Positions 38,898 through 49,590 of a stretch of 64,000 nucleotides of DNA are shown here, one piece after another; positions within the stretch are counted from its first letter, which is position 1, and every line of letters begins with the position of its first letter. The position numbers and the translations under genes are program-made. Below the pieces are notes generated by a model that worked only from the letters and a program-made list of their open reading frames with translations, was not told the origin of the DNA and did not search any database. The DNA lies in the sequence record DRR378314_251. One strand, written 5' to 3'.

Positions 38898-39827
38898 TCA
38901 GACCTCCTCTTTCAGCTTGACGCCGCTTTCGCGCGCAGCGCGTTCGACAAATTTGTTCGTCTGCATGAACGCAGCATCGAGCTGGGTCTCCCCCTCCGGA
39001 GAGGCAATTTCCGGCCACTTCTCGGCAAAATCATCGACTGTAATACCAGGACCGCCGACCCAGGTTTCAGGCGACTCGTAAATCCGGATGGTCGAAAAGC
39101 ACCCCGCGCCTGCCCCGACAATTACCTTGGATGGGGCATTCTCACTGACAAGGTACAAGACAGCGGGCGAAACCGTGGACGGATCCATCAGCTCGGATGC
39201 TGTCTCGTCGATCAGCCCGTCCAGCATTCGGGTTGCGGCAGTTGGCGCGAGCGTGTTTACCCGGATGTCATATTTGCCGCCTTCATGGTGCAGGACATTC
39301 ATTAGTCCGATCATGGAGGCTTTGGCTGCGCCGTAATTGGACTGGCCGAAATTTCCGAAAATGCCTGAGGAGGACGAGGTCAGAACGATCCGTCCGTATT
39401 TCTGCGCCCGCATGAGCTCCCACACTGCTTTTGTACAATTGGCCGTCCCGAAGAGATGAACATCCACGACTTTGCGGAAGTCATCCATCGACATTTTTGC
39501 AAATGTCTTGTCACGGAGGATGCCCGCATTGTTCACAAGGATATCCACCCTGCCCCAGTGCTCCTTGACTGCCGCGACCATGGCCTTGACCTGGCGCATA
39601 TCGGTGATGTCCGCGCCATTGGCCATTGCCGCCCCGCCGGCTGCGCGGATTTCTTCGGCGACAGTTTCTGCCGCAGACGAAGCCGCGCCAGAGCCATCAA
39701 GCGAACCGCCAAGGTCGTTGACAACAACCTTGGCGCCCCGAGCGGCAAGTTGGAGGCAGTGCTGCCGCCCCAGACCATTTCCCCCGCCGGTCACAATTGC
39801 AACGCGGCCATCAAATCTAATCGTCAT
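38898..39827 (-). CDS. SDR oxidoreductase (MFE-2-like 3-hydroxyacyl-CoA dehydrogenase)
   Basis: TGGGNGLG, VNDLG, NNAGILRD, YGAAK; start MTIRF at 39827. Confidence 0.93.
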   Translation of the reverse strand: MTIRFDGRVAIVTGGGNGLGRQHCLQLAARGAKVVVNDLGGSLDGSGAASSAAETVAEEIRAAGGAAMANGADITDMRQVKAMVAAVKEHWGRVDILVNNAGILRDKTFAKMSMDDFRKVVDVHLFGTANCTKAVWELMRAQKYGRIVLTSSSSGIFGNFGQSNYGAAKASMIGLMNVLHHEGGKYDIRVNTLAPTAATRMLDGLIDETASELMDPSTVSPAVLYLVSENAPSKVIVGAGAGCFSTIRIYESPETWVGGPGITVDDFAEKWPEIASPEGETQLDAAFMQTNKFVERAARESGVKLKEEV

Positions 39828-40113
39828 GAAATCTAAAATCCTTCCCGTCACCGCACGCGAAACGCAGTAGACGCCAGTGTCCTCCGCCGCGGCCAAAAGG
39901 CCGCAATGGTCATCATTCAGCGGCGCACCTTACCCATCCGGAAGAGGTGAGCCATGGCGGATTAGCCCCCGCCATTTGGCAAAACCGGACACAGTGAAAC
40001 CGTCCGGCTGGCTGCAGGAGATGGCCCGCCATCTTATGTTAGACGTTCGAGGGACGCCTTTTTTCAGCGCCCGGAAAAATAATGCCGCTCATCGTATAAA
40101 TTGTCGGATATGG

Positions 40114-41646
40114 TCAGGCGGATTGGTAGGCTTTACGTAGGTCCCGCTTCAGGATCTTGCCAATCGGGCTCCGCGGCAAGGATGCGACTTCTACAATAGC
40201 TGAAATCCTCTGCCCTTTGCCAAGAACTCTATTCACTTTTTCCAGAAGCAGATCTGTCTCCATGGGTACAGTCCCTTGAGAGGCCACAACAAACGCGACA
40301 GGCGTTTCCCCCCAGGCTTCGCTGGGCGCTCCAATCACAGCGGCCTCACTGACCTCTTCGAAGGCCAGCAGCGCGTTCTCCAGATCTATTGCATAAATGT
40401 TGAACCCGCCGGAGATGATGACGTCCTTTTTCCGGTCGAGCAGGTGCAGGAACCCGTCCTCATCCAGCCACCCCATATCGCCGCTCTTCTGGAAGCGGCG
40501 GCCTGTCTCATCATACCAGCTGGCGTATTCAGTCGCCTCGGCCCGCTTATGATAGCCGCGCATCATCTTCGGCGACCAACCCGCGACTTCCCCCTTCTGG
40601 CCGGGAGGCAACACCCTGCCCGACTCATCCAGAATACGAACTTCGCAATTCGGACTGACCTGGCCGACAGTATCGAGCTTGTCCGGGTGTTCGTGTGCCA
40701 CGAGCGTGAATGATATCCCGCCCTCGGTCATTCCGTAAAACTCAATCAGGCCGCCGGCCGGCCAGCGCTTGAGAATATCCCGTTTGGTCTGGGCATTGAG
40801 CGGCGCGCTGGTAGAGAATTTTGCCTGATAGGATGACAGATCGGCCTGATTGAAACGGGGCAATTTCAGAAGGCGTTCATACTGGACCGGCACCAGAACC
40901 TGATGAGTTGGCCTAAATGTCTCCGACACATCAAGATAGGTTTCAGCGTCAAATTTCTCCATGATCCAGGCCGCGCCCCCAGCCGCCATGAGTGACATAA
41001 AAAGAAACAATGTTGTGTTCGAATAAAGCGGCGTCGAAACGATGGTCCGGCTCGAGGGTCCCATGTCAAACCCTTCGATCATGTCGTGGGCTTCCTGATT
41101 CCTGTATGCACGATCCTGCAGAATTCCCTTTGGCGTGCCGGTCGTTCCGGAAGAGTAGATCAGATTGAATCCCATGTCCGGTCTCACCTCGACGGCAAGG
41201 GAAGTGTCGGCGCCATCCTCACAAAAATGCGAGAGAGACGCTTCAGACAGGGTCAGAATGTCGTCACATGAAACGCCGGTCAAAGCCCCCCGATCAATCA
41301 GATCCTCATAGGCCTTCGACACAAAGAGCAATTTTGCGCCACTATCATTGACCATGCCGGCAAGCGCCGCACCAGACGCCAGAGTGGACAATGGGACCAT
41401 ACATCCACCTGCCCGAAGCACGGCGAAGAACAACAACACATACTCGATCGAATTGCGCCCCAGGGCAGCAACCGACTGACCAGGCGATATCCCCCGTTTG
41501 ATCAGCTCATTGGCAAGCCTGTTGACGGAGCGGTCCAGTGCCCCCCAGCTCACGGAACGCTCCCCATCGGTCAGTGCCAGATGGTCCGGATAGCTCAACG
41601 CGATCCGTTGAAAACATTCGTCAATGTCCGGCACTGAGGTTTGCAT
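40114..41646 (-). CDS. Acyl-CoA synthetase (class I adenylate-forming)
   Basis: YSSGTTGTPKG, YGMTEG, SGDMG, RKKD, PRSPIGK; AGGAG RBS. Confidence 0.93.
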   Translation of the reverse strand: MQTSVPDIDECFQRIALSYPDHLALTDGERSVSWGALDRSVNRLANELIKRGISPGQSVAALGRNSIEYVLLFFAVLRAGGCMVPLSTLASGAALAGMVNDSGAKLLFVSKAYEDLIDRGALTGVSCDDILTLSEASLSHFCEDGADTSLAVEVRPDMGFNLIYSSGTTGTPKGILQDRAYRNQEAHDMIEGFDMGPSSRTIVSTPLYSNTTLFLFMSLMAAGGAAWIMEKFDAETYLDVSETFRPTHQVLVPVQYERLLKLPRFNQADLSSYQAKFSTSAPLNAQTKRDILKRWPAGGLIEFYGMTEGGISFTLVAHEHPDKLDTVGQVSPNCEVRILDESGRVLPPGQKGEVAGWSPKMMRGYHKRAEATEYASWYDETGRRFQKSGDMGWLDEDGFLHLLDRKKDVIISGGFNIYAIDLENALLAFEEVSEAAVIGAPSEAWGETPVAFVVASQGTVPMETDLLLEKVNRVLGKGQRISAIVEVASLPRSPIGKILKRDLRKAYQSA

Positions 41647-42275
41647 AAGATACTGCTCCTGTAACAACGCTGATCTTGTCCTCTATAGACGTCTGATAGC
41701 GCTCATTTTTTCCAACAAACTCTGAAACCGATGGCGCGCTGCTTCTGACAACGGTCGAACATTGCAGCGCCTCGTAAGCATTTCCGCATCACGCTCGTCT
41801 TGAACCGGCACCAGAAAATGCTTCATCCTCATCGCGGCATCCGGGCATAGCCTAATGTTGACCAGCGCCCCATGCGAGGATCGCTTTTGTTAGGATTTCG
41901 GCTGCTTCCAATTGCAGTACCGCCTGTCCACCACCATGCGCCCGGAGCCCTTCTTCGACACGCAAGCTTCAGACAATTCGCTTCTGGTGGTCTTGTTGGA
42001 GCTGAAGCATCGACTTTGTTGCCGACACGTTCGAGACTACAAGAAGCTTCCTTGTCCTCGCCGTGATGGATGCCATTTAACGCGAGGCTTGCCACCAGTC
42101 GTTGCCATATCGGTCCTAGGGCTCGCGTGTGGCCCGCAATCTTGACCGTCTGATCCGGTTCCATGGAAGGCCGGAAGCCATTGTGAGTAATTATGACAGT
42201 GAACTGAGCGGTCGGGGTCGGGTCAGCTGATCCATAGAGGACCGGTCAGACCACTTTTCGAAATAATATCAGCGC

Positions 42276-43883
42276 CTACTCGATCTGCGGCGGCGCAAAG
42301 AGACCAATGTTCATGATGTCCCAAGAAACTGTTCCTTCGCGCTTCCTGCGCTCAATTACTTTCTCATGAAATTGGTAAGCTTTGGAGATAAGGTCGGTCT
42401 CAACACTCATACCATCTCCATTGAGCCTAACATACGCCTTAGTCTGCAAATCAAATGCAGGCCAGTCTCGTTCATTTCCGACTGTAGGGTGGCCACTCTC
42501 GGCGAACGAAATCCAACAATCCGAAATCAAGTCGGCCAGACTACCAACGACAGACTCAGTTGGCCAATCGGGCCAGTTCTCGGAGTATTTGGTATTGTCG
42601 CAGACGTTGTTGAATACAAAAGGCAGTTCGGAAGCATGAAACGCTCCCAATCCTCTCTTTTTCGCTTCTTTGGAGACGTAGTCAAAGAAGTACATGAATG
42701 TTGCCTGATTGTGGACAACTGACAATTCAGCCATTTTCAATGTGGCCCATCCATACAGGGCGTCACGCGCTGCATCGTAGACCGATTTTTCGGGGTTTGC
42801 TGCCGGATAGAGCTCCAAATATTCATCTGCTAATTCGCCATACCTTCGAACAACTTCATAGCGATAGGATTCACTATCTTGAGGAACCTCTGGAACCACG
42901 CCTAAAGTCGCAAATCCGCCAGCTTCACCGCTATTAAAGCCGAGAAGTAAGGGAACTTTATTGTATCTACCAGTTTTAAAAGCGTCCTCGACGTCTTCTT
43001 GAAAGACATAATTGTCAGTGACAGTTTCAGGAAAGAATTCGATCGTTCTCGCTGCCGCCAAAATCGAGGTAGCTGGCAACTCCCTCAACTCCTTAAGAGA
43101 CGTTACACCCGCTGCTTCCTGCAACTGTCTGCCGGTCTCTATGGCAGCTGCCCTCCCGTATCGCGTCTCACCCATGCTCAAGTTCGGCAACAAGTAGCCG
43201 CTCTCTACAATAGCCTTTTGGAACAATCCTTTTGCTAGAGGAGAGGCCATCAAATGAGACACCGATAATCCGCCAGCTGATTCACCAAATACTGTTATAT
43301 TTCCCAGATCACCGCCAAAGTTGGAGATGTTCTCTTGAAGCCAGCGCAAGGCCATAATTTGATCAAGAGTACCATAGTTTCCGGATGCCTTAACCGGCGA
43401 CTCTTCGTTCAACTCTGAATGCGACAAGTATCCAAATACATCGAGCCGGTAGTTGATTGTTACGACTACTACACCCTTCGCAGCAAGGCGCGCCCCATCG
43501 TACAATGGCTGACTGCCCCTGCCGTTCACTAGGGCTCCCCCGTGTACCCATACCATTACAGGCTTCATTTCTGTCGAGAACTCTTCTCGGCCACCTGGAC
43601 TCCAAATATTAAGATACAAGCAGTCTTCGCTCATGAGTGGAGTTGGATTGTAATAGAATGACGACTCCTCCTCAGTCGGCTGCATAGAGGCTGGTCCAAA
43701 CGCGTACGCACAACGCACCCCCTTCCATCTGGGCATAGTTTCTGGTGGCATCCATCGGCGTTGCCCAATAGGAGGAAGCGCATAAGGAATACCCTTAAAC
43801 ACTGATACCTTTTGTCCGTCTACTGATGTCTCGAACCCAAGTAGTTTTCCTGCGAGCGTGTCAATTAAAGTATTTTTGGTCAT
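42276..43883 (-). CDS. Type B carboxylesterase
   Basis: GIPYA, SEDCLYLN, HGG, FGESAG, FHASEL. Confidence 0.93.
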   Translation of the reverse strand: MTKNTLIDTLAGKLLGFETSVDGQKVSVFKGIPYALPPIGQRRWMPPETMPRWKGVRCAYAFGPASMQPTEEESSFYYNPTPLMSEDCLYLNIWSPGGREEFSTEMKPVMVWVHGGALVNGRGSQPLYDGARLAAKGVVVVTINYRLDVFGYLSHSELNEESPVKASGNYGTLDQIMALRWLQENISNFGGDLGNITVFGESAGGLSVSHLMASPLAKGLFQKAIVESGYLLPNLSMGETRYGRAAAIETGRQLQEAAGVTSLKELRELPATSILAAARTIEFFPETVTDNYVFQEDVEDAFKTGRYNKVPLLLGFNSGEAGGFATLGVVPEVPQDSESYRYEVVRRYGELADEYLELYPAANPEKSVYDAARDALYGWATLKMAELSVVHNQATFMYFFDYVSKEAKKRGLGAFHASELPFVFNNVCDNTKYSENWPDWPTESVVGSLADLISDCWISFAESGHPTVGNERDWPAFDLQTKAYVRLNGDGMSVETDLISKAYQFHEKVIERRKREGTVSWDIMNIGLFAPPQIE

Positions 43884-43975
43884 GCTTTCCAAGCCCATTA
43901 CTGGATGTCCGCGCGAAAAGGATCGCCACACCACAACAAATCAGTGGTGTGGCGCACCACAAATCTTCGTGAAAA

Positions 43976-46558
43976 CTAGAAATCGTATGAGATGCTTAGG
44001 CCATACATTCGCGGCTCTCCAATATTTGCGTTTCCCCTTAGAACGATGAGGTCCGTTGTATAGATGTTCGATATATATTGCTCGTCAAAGACGTTACGCA
44101 TAAACGCCGACGCCTCCCATCCCCCAGCTTCAGGAACCAGCGTTGCAGACAAATTCAACAGGCCGTACGGATCTTGAGAAATAGTTTCGTGGTTGTAAAA
44201 ACTAAAGTAGATCTTATCCTGCCATTGGTAGTCGGCTCTCAGCGTCAGCTCCATTTCATTGGAACTCAAAACGCTATATTCAGCACCAAGATTGTACTGC
44301 CATTCGGGAGCTCTCGCCAGCCTGTTCCCAGATAGATCGCGCACCCCCAGCTCTGGGAATACGATGTCCCGAGAGGACAACTCGTCAAATTCAGCGTCCA
44401 ACCAAGTAACAGCAGCATTGAGCTTGAAGTTATTCGTTAAATAGACGTCAGCTTCTGCTTCTACCCCAGCGACTGTAGCACTAGCCGCATTTTGTATTGA
44501 AGGGAGCGCGGAAATGGGACCTCCCTCATTCCCAAATACGCTCTGCTGAAGGTCGGTATAGTCTGCATAAAATGCCGTAACTCCCCCACGCGCCTTATTG
44601 TCAAAAAGCGTCCCCTTGACCCCTGCTTCATAATTCCAGACGAACTCTGGGTCGAAATCATCGATCGGAATAGCGAACGTGCTGAACCCACCCGCCTTGA
44701 ACCCTCGCGAAACATTCGCGAACGCCGTAATATCATCAGTCACGTCATAGTCGACCGCAAATCGAGGCGTTACCGCATCCCATGACCGTTCTCCCACAAC
44801 ATCACCCAGGTATGCACCATTAAAAAAAGACCCAAAGTCGGTGTATTTTTTCGTATCGTTCGTATACCTGATACCTGCAGATAGCCTCAGGCGTTCTGTC
44901 AATTGATACCGCAACTGTCCGTACAGTGAATAGCTTTCTAGATCTTGCTCCGGACTCACAAGGAATGAATCGATGCCTGATGGAATAGAAACAAACTCCA
45001 ATGGTTCCTTAGCGTTGTCTTGAAGATAGAGCCCGCCTAGAATTAGATCTAGCTTATTCGTGAGATCTGCGGTCAAAGTGATCTCTTGAGTCAGCTGTCG
45101 CGCGTCAATCTCTATATAGGGATTCTGCTCAAGAGAGATCACTGAACCGTCATTGTCTTGGGACGCAATGATGTTCAAATCCCAGTAACCCGTTGTAGAA
45201 ACGAGATTTACGTCAGGACTGATATTCCACGATAATCTTAGGACTGCGCCGTATTGGTCTTTCCTGGAATTAGAGGTCAAATCGCCCTGATAAGTGAAGT
45301 CACCGAAATCCAGTCCAGGCACCGCAAAAACGTCCTCGGACGATGGACGATTGGGATTTACTCGACCTATCGAGAATGCACCTTGTGGCGTAGACTTGTC
45401 CTTAATGCCCTCCACAATTAGCAATGCCTCAAATTGCTCACTCACATTGGCAAGCAAAGACCCTCGAACATGATACTTGTTTCGTGTTTCTAATTGCTCA
45501 TTGAGCAGCGTATTGGTTATCCATCCGTCAGCATCGTCCGTTCGAAAAGCGATGCGCCCCATGAGCTTGTCCTCCACAATGGGGCCACTCATATACCCCT
45601 CAGTAGAAAATCGATTGTAGTTGCCTATTGTCGTTTTAATTCCGGCCTCTGGTTCACTAGTTGGGAGGTTTGAGTAAATTTTGATTCCGCCGCCCGTTGC
45701 ATTTCTTCCAGAGATTGTGCCTTGAGGGCCCCGCAATACTTCGACACGCGCCACATCCATGAAATCGACGTCAAAGAACATATTTCGCCCAAGAGCAACG
45801 CCATCCTGGGATATGGCCACACCTGACTCACCACCGATGCTGGGAACTTCTGAGCCTATTCCGCGAATAGACACAAAAGTATTAGAAGAGAATCCCCCCC
45901 CCACCTGAAGGCTCGGAGCCAGAAGGGGGAGGCTGTACATGTCTTCCACCCCAGACTGCTCTAGCCCTGCCCCAGAAAACGCGGAAATTGCGATCGGCAA
46001 GCTTTGAGCAGACTCCTCTCTCTTTTCTGCTGTCACCAGCACTGGATCAAAGCGCGCTTCAGTGTCATTCTCGTTGGATTCTACCACCACCTCATTAGCA
46101 ATAGCCGGCTGACCGCCTCCAAGCAGAAATGCCGCTGCTGCCCCAAGCAATGTTTTCTTGTCGACCTTCATAGGTTCTTCAACCTCCCTTCCCTGCGGCT
46201 CGTCGCCGGTCTTTTGCGAGATCACGATGACCCCGCTTTTTGTCAGACCGCTGGAAAGGTTGGTGCCCGCCAATAATCTGGCGAGCGCCTCTTCAATCGT
46301 GTACGTCCCTTGCACAGAACCCAGTCCTGTGACGCCCTCCAGATCATGCGGGTAAAGCAACTGCACTCCCGTCTCCAGGACGAGTTGCTCCAATGCCTGG
46401 CCAAGCGTCTCCGCTTCGATATGAATCTCATATCGATCGGCCGAGGCTTCAGCTTTGGCAGGTAAAGACGTGACAAGAAGGGCAGCAATAACTGCCAATG
46501 TTAATCTTGCCTGATACCCTCTGCGCGTTCCCTCAAAATCTGGCCGGCTGTTCAGCAC
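43976..46558 (-). CDS. TonB-dependent receptor/transducer with N-terminal STN domain
   Basis: Signal peptide, STN-like domain, VTAEKRE TonB box/plug, VEVLRGPQGT, C-terminal YDF. Confidence 0.93.
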   Translation of the reverse strand: MLNSRPDFEGTRRGYQARLTLAVIAALLVTSLPAKAEASADRYEIHIEAETLGQALEQLVLETGVQLLYPHDLEGVTGLGSVQGTYTIEEALARLLAGTNLSSGLTKSGVIVISQKTGDEPQGREVEEPMKVDKKTLLGAAAAFLLGGGQPAIANEVVVESNENDTEARFDPVLVTAEKREESAQSLPIAISAFSGAGLEQSGVEDMYSLPLLAPSLQVGGGFSSNTFVSIRGIGSEVPSIGGESGVAISQDGVALGRNMFFDVDFMDVARVEVLRGPQGTISGRNATGGGIKIYSNLPTSEPEAGIKTTIGNYNRFSTEGYMSGPIVEDKLMGRIAFRTDDADGWITNTLLNEQLETRNKYHVRGSLLANVSEQFEALLIVEGIKDKSTPQGAFSIGRVNPNRPSSEDVFAVPGLDFGDFTYQGDLTSNSRKDQYGAVLRLSWNISPDVNLVSTTGYWDLNIIASQDNDGSVISLEQNPYIEIDARQLTQEITLTADLTNKLDLILGGLYLQDNAKEPLEFVSIPSGIDSFLVSPEQDLESYSLYGQLRYQLTERLRLSAGIRYTNDTKKYTDFGSFFNGAYLGDVVGERSWDAVTPRFAVDYDVTDDITAFANVSRGFKAGGFSTFAIPIDDFDPEFVWNYEAGVKGTLFDNKARGGVTAFYADYTDLQQSVFGNEGGPISALPSIQNAASATVAGVEAEADVYLTNNFKLNAAVTWLDAEFDELSSRDIVFPELGVRDLSGNRLARAPEWQYNLGAEYSVLSSNEMELTLRADYQWQDKIYFSFYNHETISQDPYGLLNLSATLVPEAGGWEASAFMRNVFDEQYISNIYTTDLIVLRGNANIGEPRMYGLSISYDF

Positions 46559-46652
46559 GCGATTGCGACACCCACAACGGCCTTAACAATAGGGACGTTT
46601 GTGATTGCGGTTTTCATCTATTCCTCCCAAATTTTTTTGTTTTTGATTTTTA

Positions 46653-47651
46653 TTATTCTGTATCGCGCGCGCTCAGGCGCACATGACGGGTACTGATGCG
46701 GTCAACTTTCACATCTCCTTCCAGCTCAAGCGCCTCCAGCATTGCGCCGATCTCGCCGGTCCGGAAGTAACCGGCGACCGGCTTTGCCGCCAGCGCATCG
46801 CCTTCGATCTCGATGGTAACATCTGTGTACCGCGCCATTTCGGAGACGACCTCGTCCAGTCGCTCGCCAGAAAATGCAAGCATGCCATTGCGCCAGGACA
46901 GCTTGCGATCAATGAGGTCGGCGGGGACTGGCTCAATTGCCTGGACTGTCTCCCCGAACCTGGCCCGTTGCCCGGCGGAAATTTCAGTCAACGCCGGCGG
47001 CCCATAGAGCCGGACACGGCCTTCTTCAACGGTCACATCAACAGATCCACCCTCGAGCCTGACAAGGAAGGCCGTTCCAACAGCGCGCACGCTTCCCGCT
47101 TCAGTCGCAACATTGAATGGACGCGAACTGTCTTTTGCCACATCGAAATAGGCTTCGCCCTGCTCCAGCCGGATTGCTCTTTTGTCAGCATCCATTCGGA
47201 CCGCGACGATGCTTGCTGTGTTAAGCTCGATCACCGAACCGTCAGGCAGACTAATTGTGCGGTGCTCGCCAAGCGCGGTGGAAAACCTCTCCTCGTAGAT
47301 CTGCTCTTGATAGGTGGATGTATAGGCCAGGATCCCTGCACCTGCCGCCACAGCGAACGCGGCCGCCAATCCCAGGAAACCGCGGCGCATATGACTTTCA
47401 GGCCCCCCGGAAATGGCAGGGCCCGAAGCATCGTAATCTTTCAACTCACTGAGTTGATCGAGCGCGCCCCATAGCTCAGCAATGCGGCGATAGGCCTGCG
47501 CATTCGTCTCGTTTGCGGCGAGCCATTGACGAAAGGCCAACTGCTCCTGCGCGCTCATATCTTCATCTTCAAACCGCACCAGCCAGTCTGCCGCTTCTTC
47601 TTCGGCGCGCCTGATATCCGGAAAGCCAACGATGTTACCCGGATCGGTCAT
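46653..47651 (-). CDS. fecR: FecR family anti-sigma factor
   Basis: EAADWL, TM segment, LPDGS..ELNT, GEAYFDV, AVGTAF, W..G.L.F. Confidence 0.92.
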   Translation of the reverse strand: MTDPGNIVGFPDIRRAEEEAADWLVRFEDEDMSAQEQLAFRQWLAANETNAQAYRRIAELWGALDQLSELKDYDASGPAISGGPESHMRRGFLGLAAAFAVAAGAGILAYTSTYQEQIYEERFSTALGEHRTISLPDGSVIELNTASIVAVRMDADKRAIRLEQGEAYFDVAKDSSRPFNVATEAGSVRAVGTAFLVRLEGGSVDVTVEEGRVRLYGPPALTEISAGQRARFGETVQAIEPVPADLIDRKLSWRNGMLAFSGERLDEVVSEMARYTDVTIEIEGDALAAKPVAGYFRTGEIGAMLEALELEGDVKVDRISTRHVRLSARDTE

Positions 47652-48241
47652 CGCAAAGTTTCCTTTCCGCTATCTGGCCCGTTGTCCGGCTCCTGCCGAT
47701 AAGCTGACAGATCGGTTATGCCGAGATCGCTGGCTTCATAGCCATGCTCTCGTAAATAAGCGCCACATTTGAGCAATGCCTGGGTTGTCCGCTTCTGGAC
47801 CGCACTCACCGACATATTCATCCGGATCGCTATCTGCCTGAATTTGAGATGCTCCATTTTGCGCATAAGCAATATCTTCTGATCATCTTCCGGAAGACTG
47901 CCAATCGCCCTGGTTAGCAAAAACAGTTTCTGCCGGCTATTGAGCTGCGCTTCCGGACAAATTTGGCCCTCATCTACCTTGACGTCCAGCAATGTAGAAT
48001 CTTCCAGATAATCCGTGGTTTTGTTTCTGTGGCGCCGTGTTTCGCTGATTGCGATGTTTTTTGCAGCGCGCATGAGAAACCGCTTTGGTTCCCGCACGGG
48101 CTGTCCGCGCTCAGCGGCATAGCATTTCAGGAAGGTTTCCTGTGTCAGTTCCTCAATATCTTCGGGGCGCGCGCAGTAGCGTGCAATCACCCTGCGGATC
48201 GCGCTTTCATGCTCCAGGAAAGTTTTGAAGATACTCGACAT
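47648..48241 (-). CDS. ECF sigma-70 factor (FecI-like)
   Basis: EDIEELTQETF region 2 and region 4 HTH; ATGA overlap with fecR. Confidence 0.9.
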   Translation of the reverse strand: MSSIFKTFLEHESAIRRVIARYCARPEDIEELTQETFLKCYAAERGQPVREPKRFLMRAAKNIAISETRRHRNKTTDYLEDSTLLDVKVDEGQICPEAQLNSRQKLFLLTRAIGSLPEDDQKILLMRKMEHLKFRQIAIRMNMSVSAVQKRTTQALLKCGAYLREHGYEASDLGITDLSAYRQEPDNGPDSGKETLR

Positions 48242-48783
48242 GGACTCTGGCTTGGCTACGACCAGATATTAGGCGCCGTCATTTTCGTCAGATCAAGGCA
48301 GCCCGACCTGAATGCCACATCAGGTAAGAAAGTGATGTTCGAATTATCCTATTTGCAGAGTCCAAACGTCCAATAGATACAGGTACGCAAAAATCTCAAA
48401 ACCCAATGCCCCATAAAGCCCAAAACTCTATCGACAAATAGAGACCTGTCCTGTCTCGATCAGAGGGCGTCCCGGACACCGGTTTCATCACAACACTGAC
48501 CATGCCTTGCATAAACACCCCAGTGAACGGGCTCCGGCCGGCATGCCCCCTGCTAATTGGATCAATTGGCGGAACACTATGACCAAATCTGAAGAACAAT
48601 TGATCTGAAGCCTATTTGATTTCATTGAACACAAATGGTTTTGAGATCGCCCTAGAGCCGTTGTGGCCGGAACGGCATCTGTAATGCTGACGCGCAAATT
48701 GACCGCGTGAGAATATGTGGAGCCCTCCCCAAACTGACTTCCCGTTTCAGGTCCGGAATGTGCGGACTCTAACGACGCAGATA

Positions 48784-49590
48784 TCAATCCCATTCAGGGG
48801 AACGCTTTGCAGCGAAGGCTGCGAGCCCCTCTTGCGCATCGTCGGTCGCAACACAATCGAAAAATTTGTTCTTCAGGAATGGCAATGCGTCGTCGAAACT
48901 CATGGTTTCCTGAACCCGAAGGGCTTCGAGCCCCATTTGCATGGACTGCGGAGAATAGCTCGCGAGCTCTTCGGCAAGGGCACATACGCGCGCATCGAGT
49001 TCAGCTATAGGCGCGGTTTCATTGATCAGCCCCAAGCGCGCCGCGTCGCTGGCCGGCATGCGATTGCCGCGCATGATGAAGTCGAGCGCCGCACGGCCAG
49101 GCATAATCCGAAAGAGGCCCGCCATGACCTGAAACGGCCAGAGGCCTCGCTTGATTTCCGGCGCGGAAAACCAGGCCTCATCCGAGGCGATCGCATGAGT
49201 CGCATTGCAGACGAGGAGCAAGGCTCCCGCAAGCACAGGCCCCTGGATTTTTGCAATGACCGGCTTATTCAGATGATAGAGTTTCACCACCATGTCATCG
49301 CTTTCGCCGAGATGAGGAATGGATGATTTCGGACCCGTCTCAGCCTCACCACCGATCGCCTTCAAATCGCCGCCCGCACAGAAGACATTGCCTTCAGCCG
49401 CCAGGACGACAACCCGGACGTCACGCGTCTTCTTCGCAAGATCGAAAAGATGGATCAGCTCATTGATCATGACGCCGTTAAGGGCGTTCTTCCGTTCGGG
49501 ACGATTGAGCTTTACGGTCAGGACATGGCTGGCATAACTCCAGCTCACCGCGACAAAGGTTTCCTTTTTCAGACTTTCCAGAAGCGACAT
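48784..49590 (-). CDS. Enoyl-CoA hydratase/isomerase
   Basis: LNRPERKNAL, FCAGGDL, PE..RGL, DAQEGLAAF. Confidence 0.93.
   Translation of the reverse strand: MSLLESLKKETFVAVSWSYASHVLTVKLNRPERKNALNGVMINELIHLFDLAKKTRDVRVVVLAAEGNVFCAGGDLKAIGGEAETGPKSSIPHLGESDDMVVKLYHLNKPVIAKIQGPVLAGALLLVCNATHAIASDEAWFSAPEIKRGLWPFQVMAGLFRIMPGRAALDFIMRGNRMPASDAARLGLINETAPIAELDARVCALAEELASYSPQSMQMGLEALRVQETMSFDDALPFLKNKFFDCVATDDAQEGLAAFAAKRSPEWD

Noticed and set aside
41680-42170. Possible degraded gene (weak LysR C-terminus-like peptide) and ORF 41829..42164
   Set aside because: Multiple stops and no convincing motif; cannot be assigned.
46683-47474. Long antisense ORFs (also 32750..33577, 51555..52241, 22842..23546)
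   Set aside because: Shadow ORFs opposite well-supported genes in GC-rich DNA.
48480-48760. IS-end-like fragments between the sigma factor and crotonase genes
   Set aside because: No paired inverted repeats or transposase remnant could be demonstrated.
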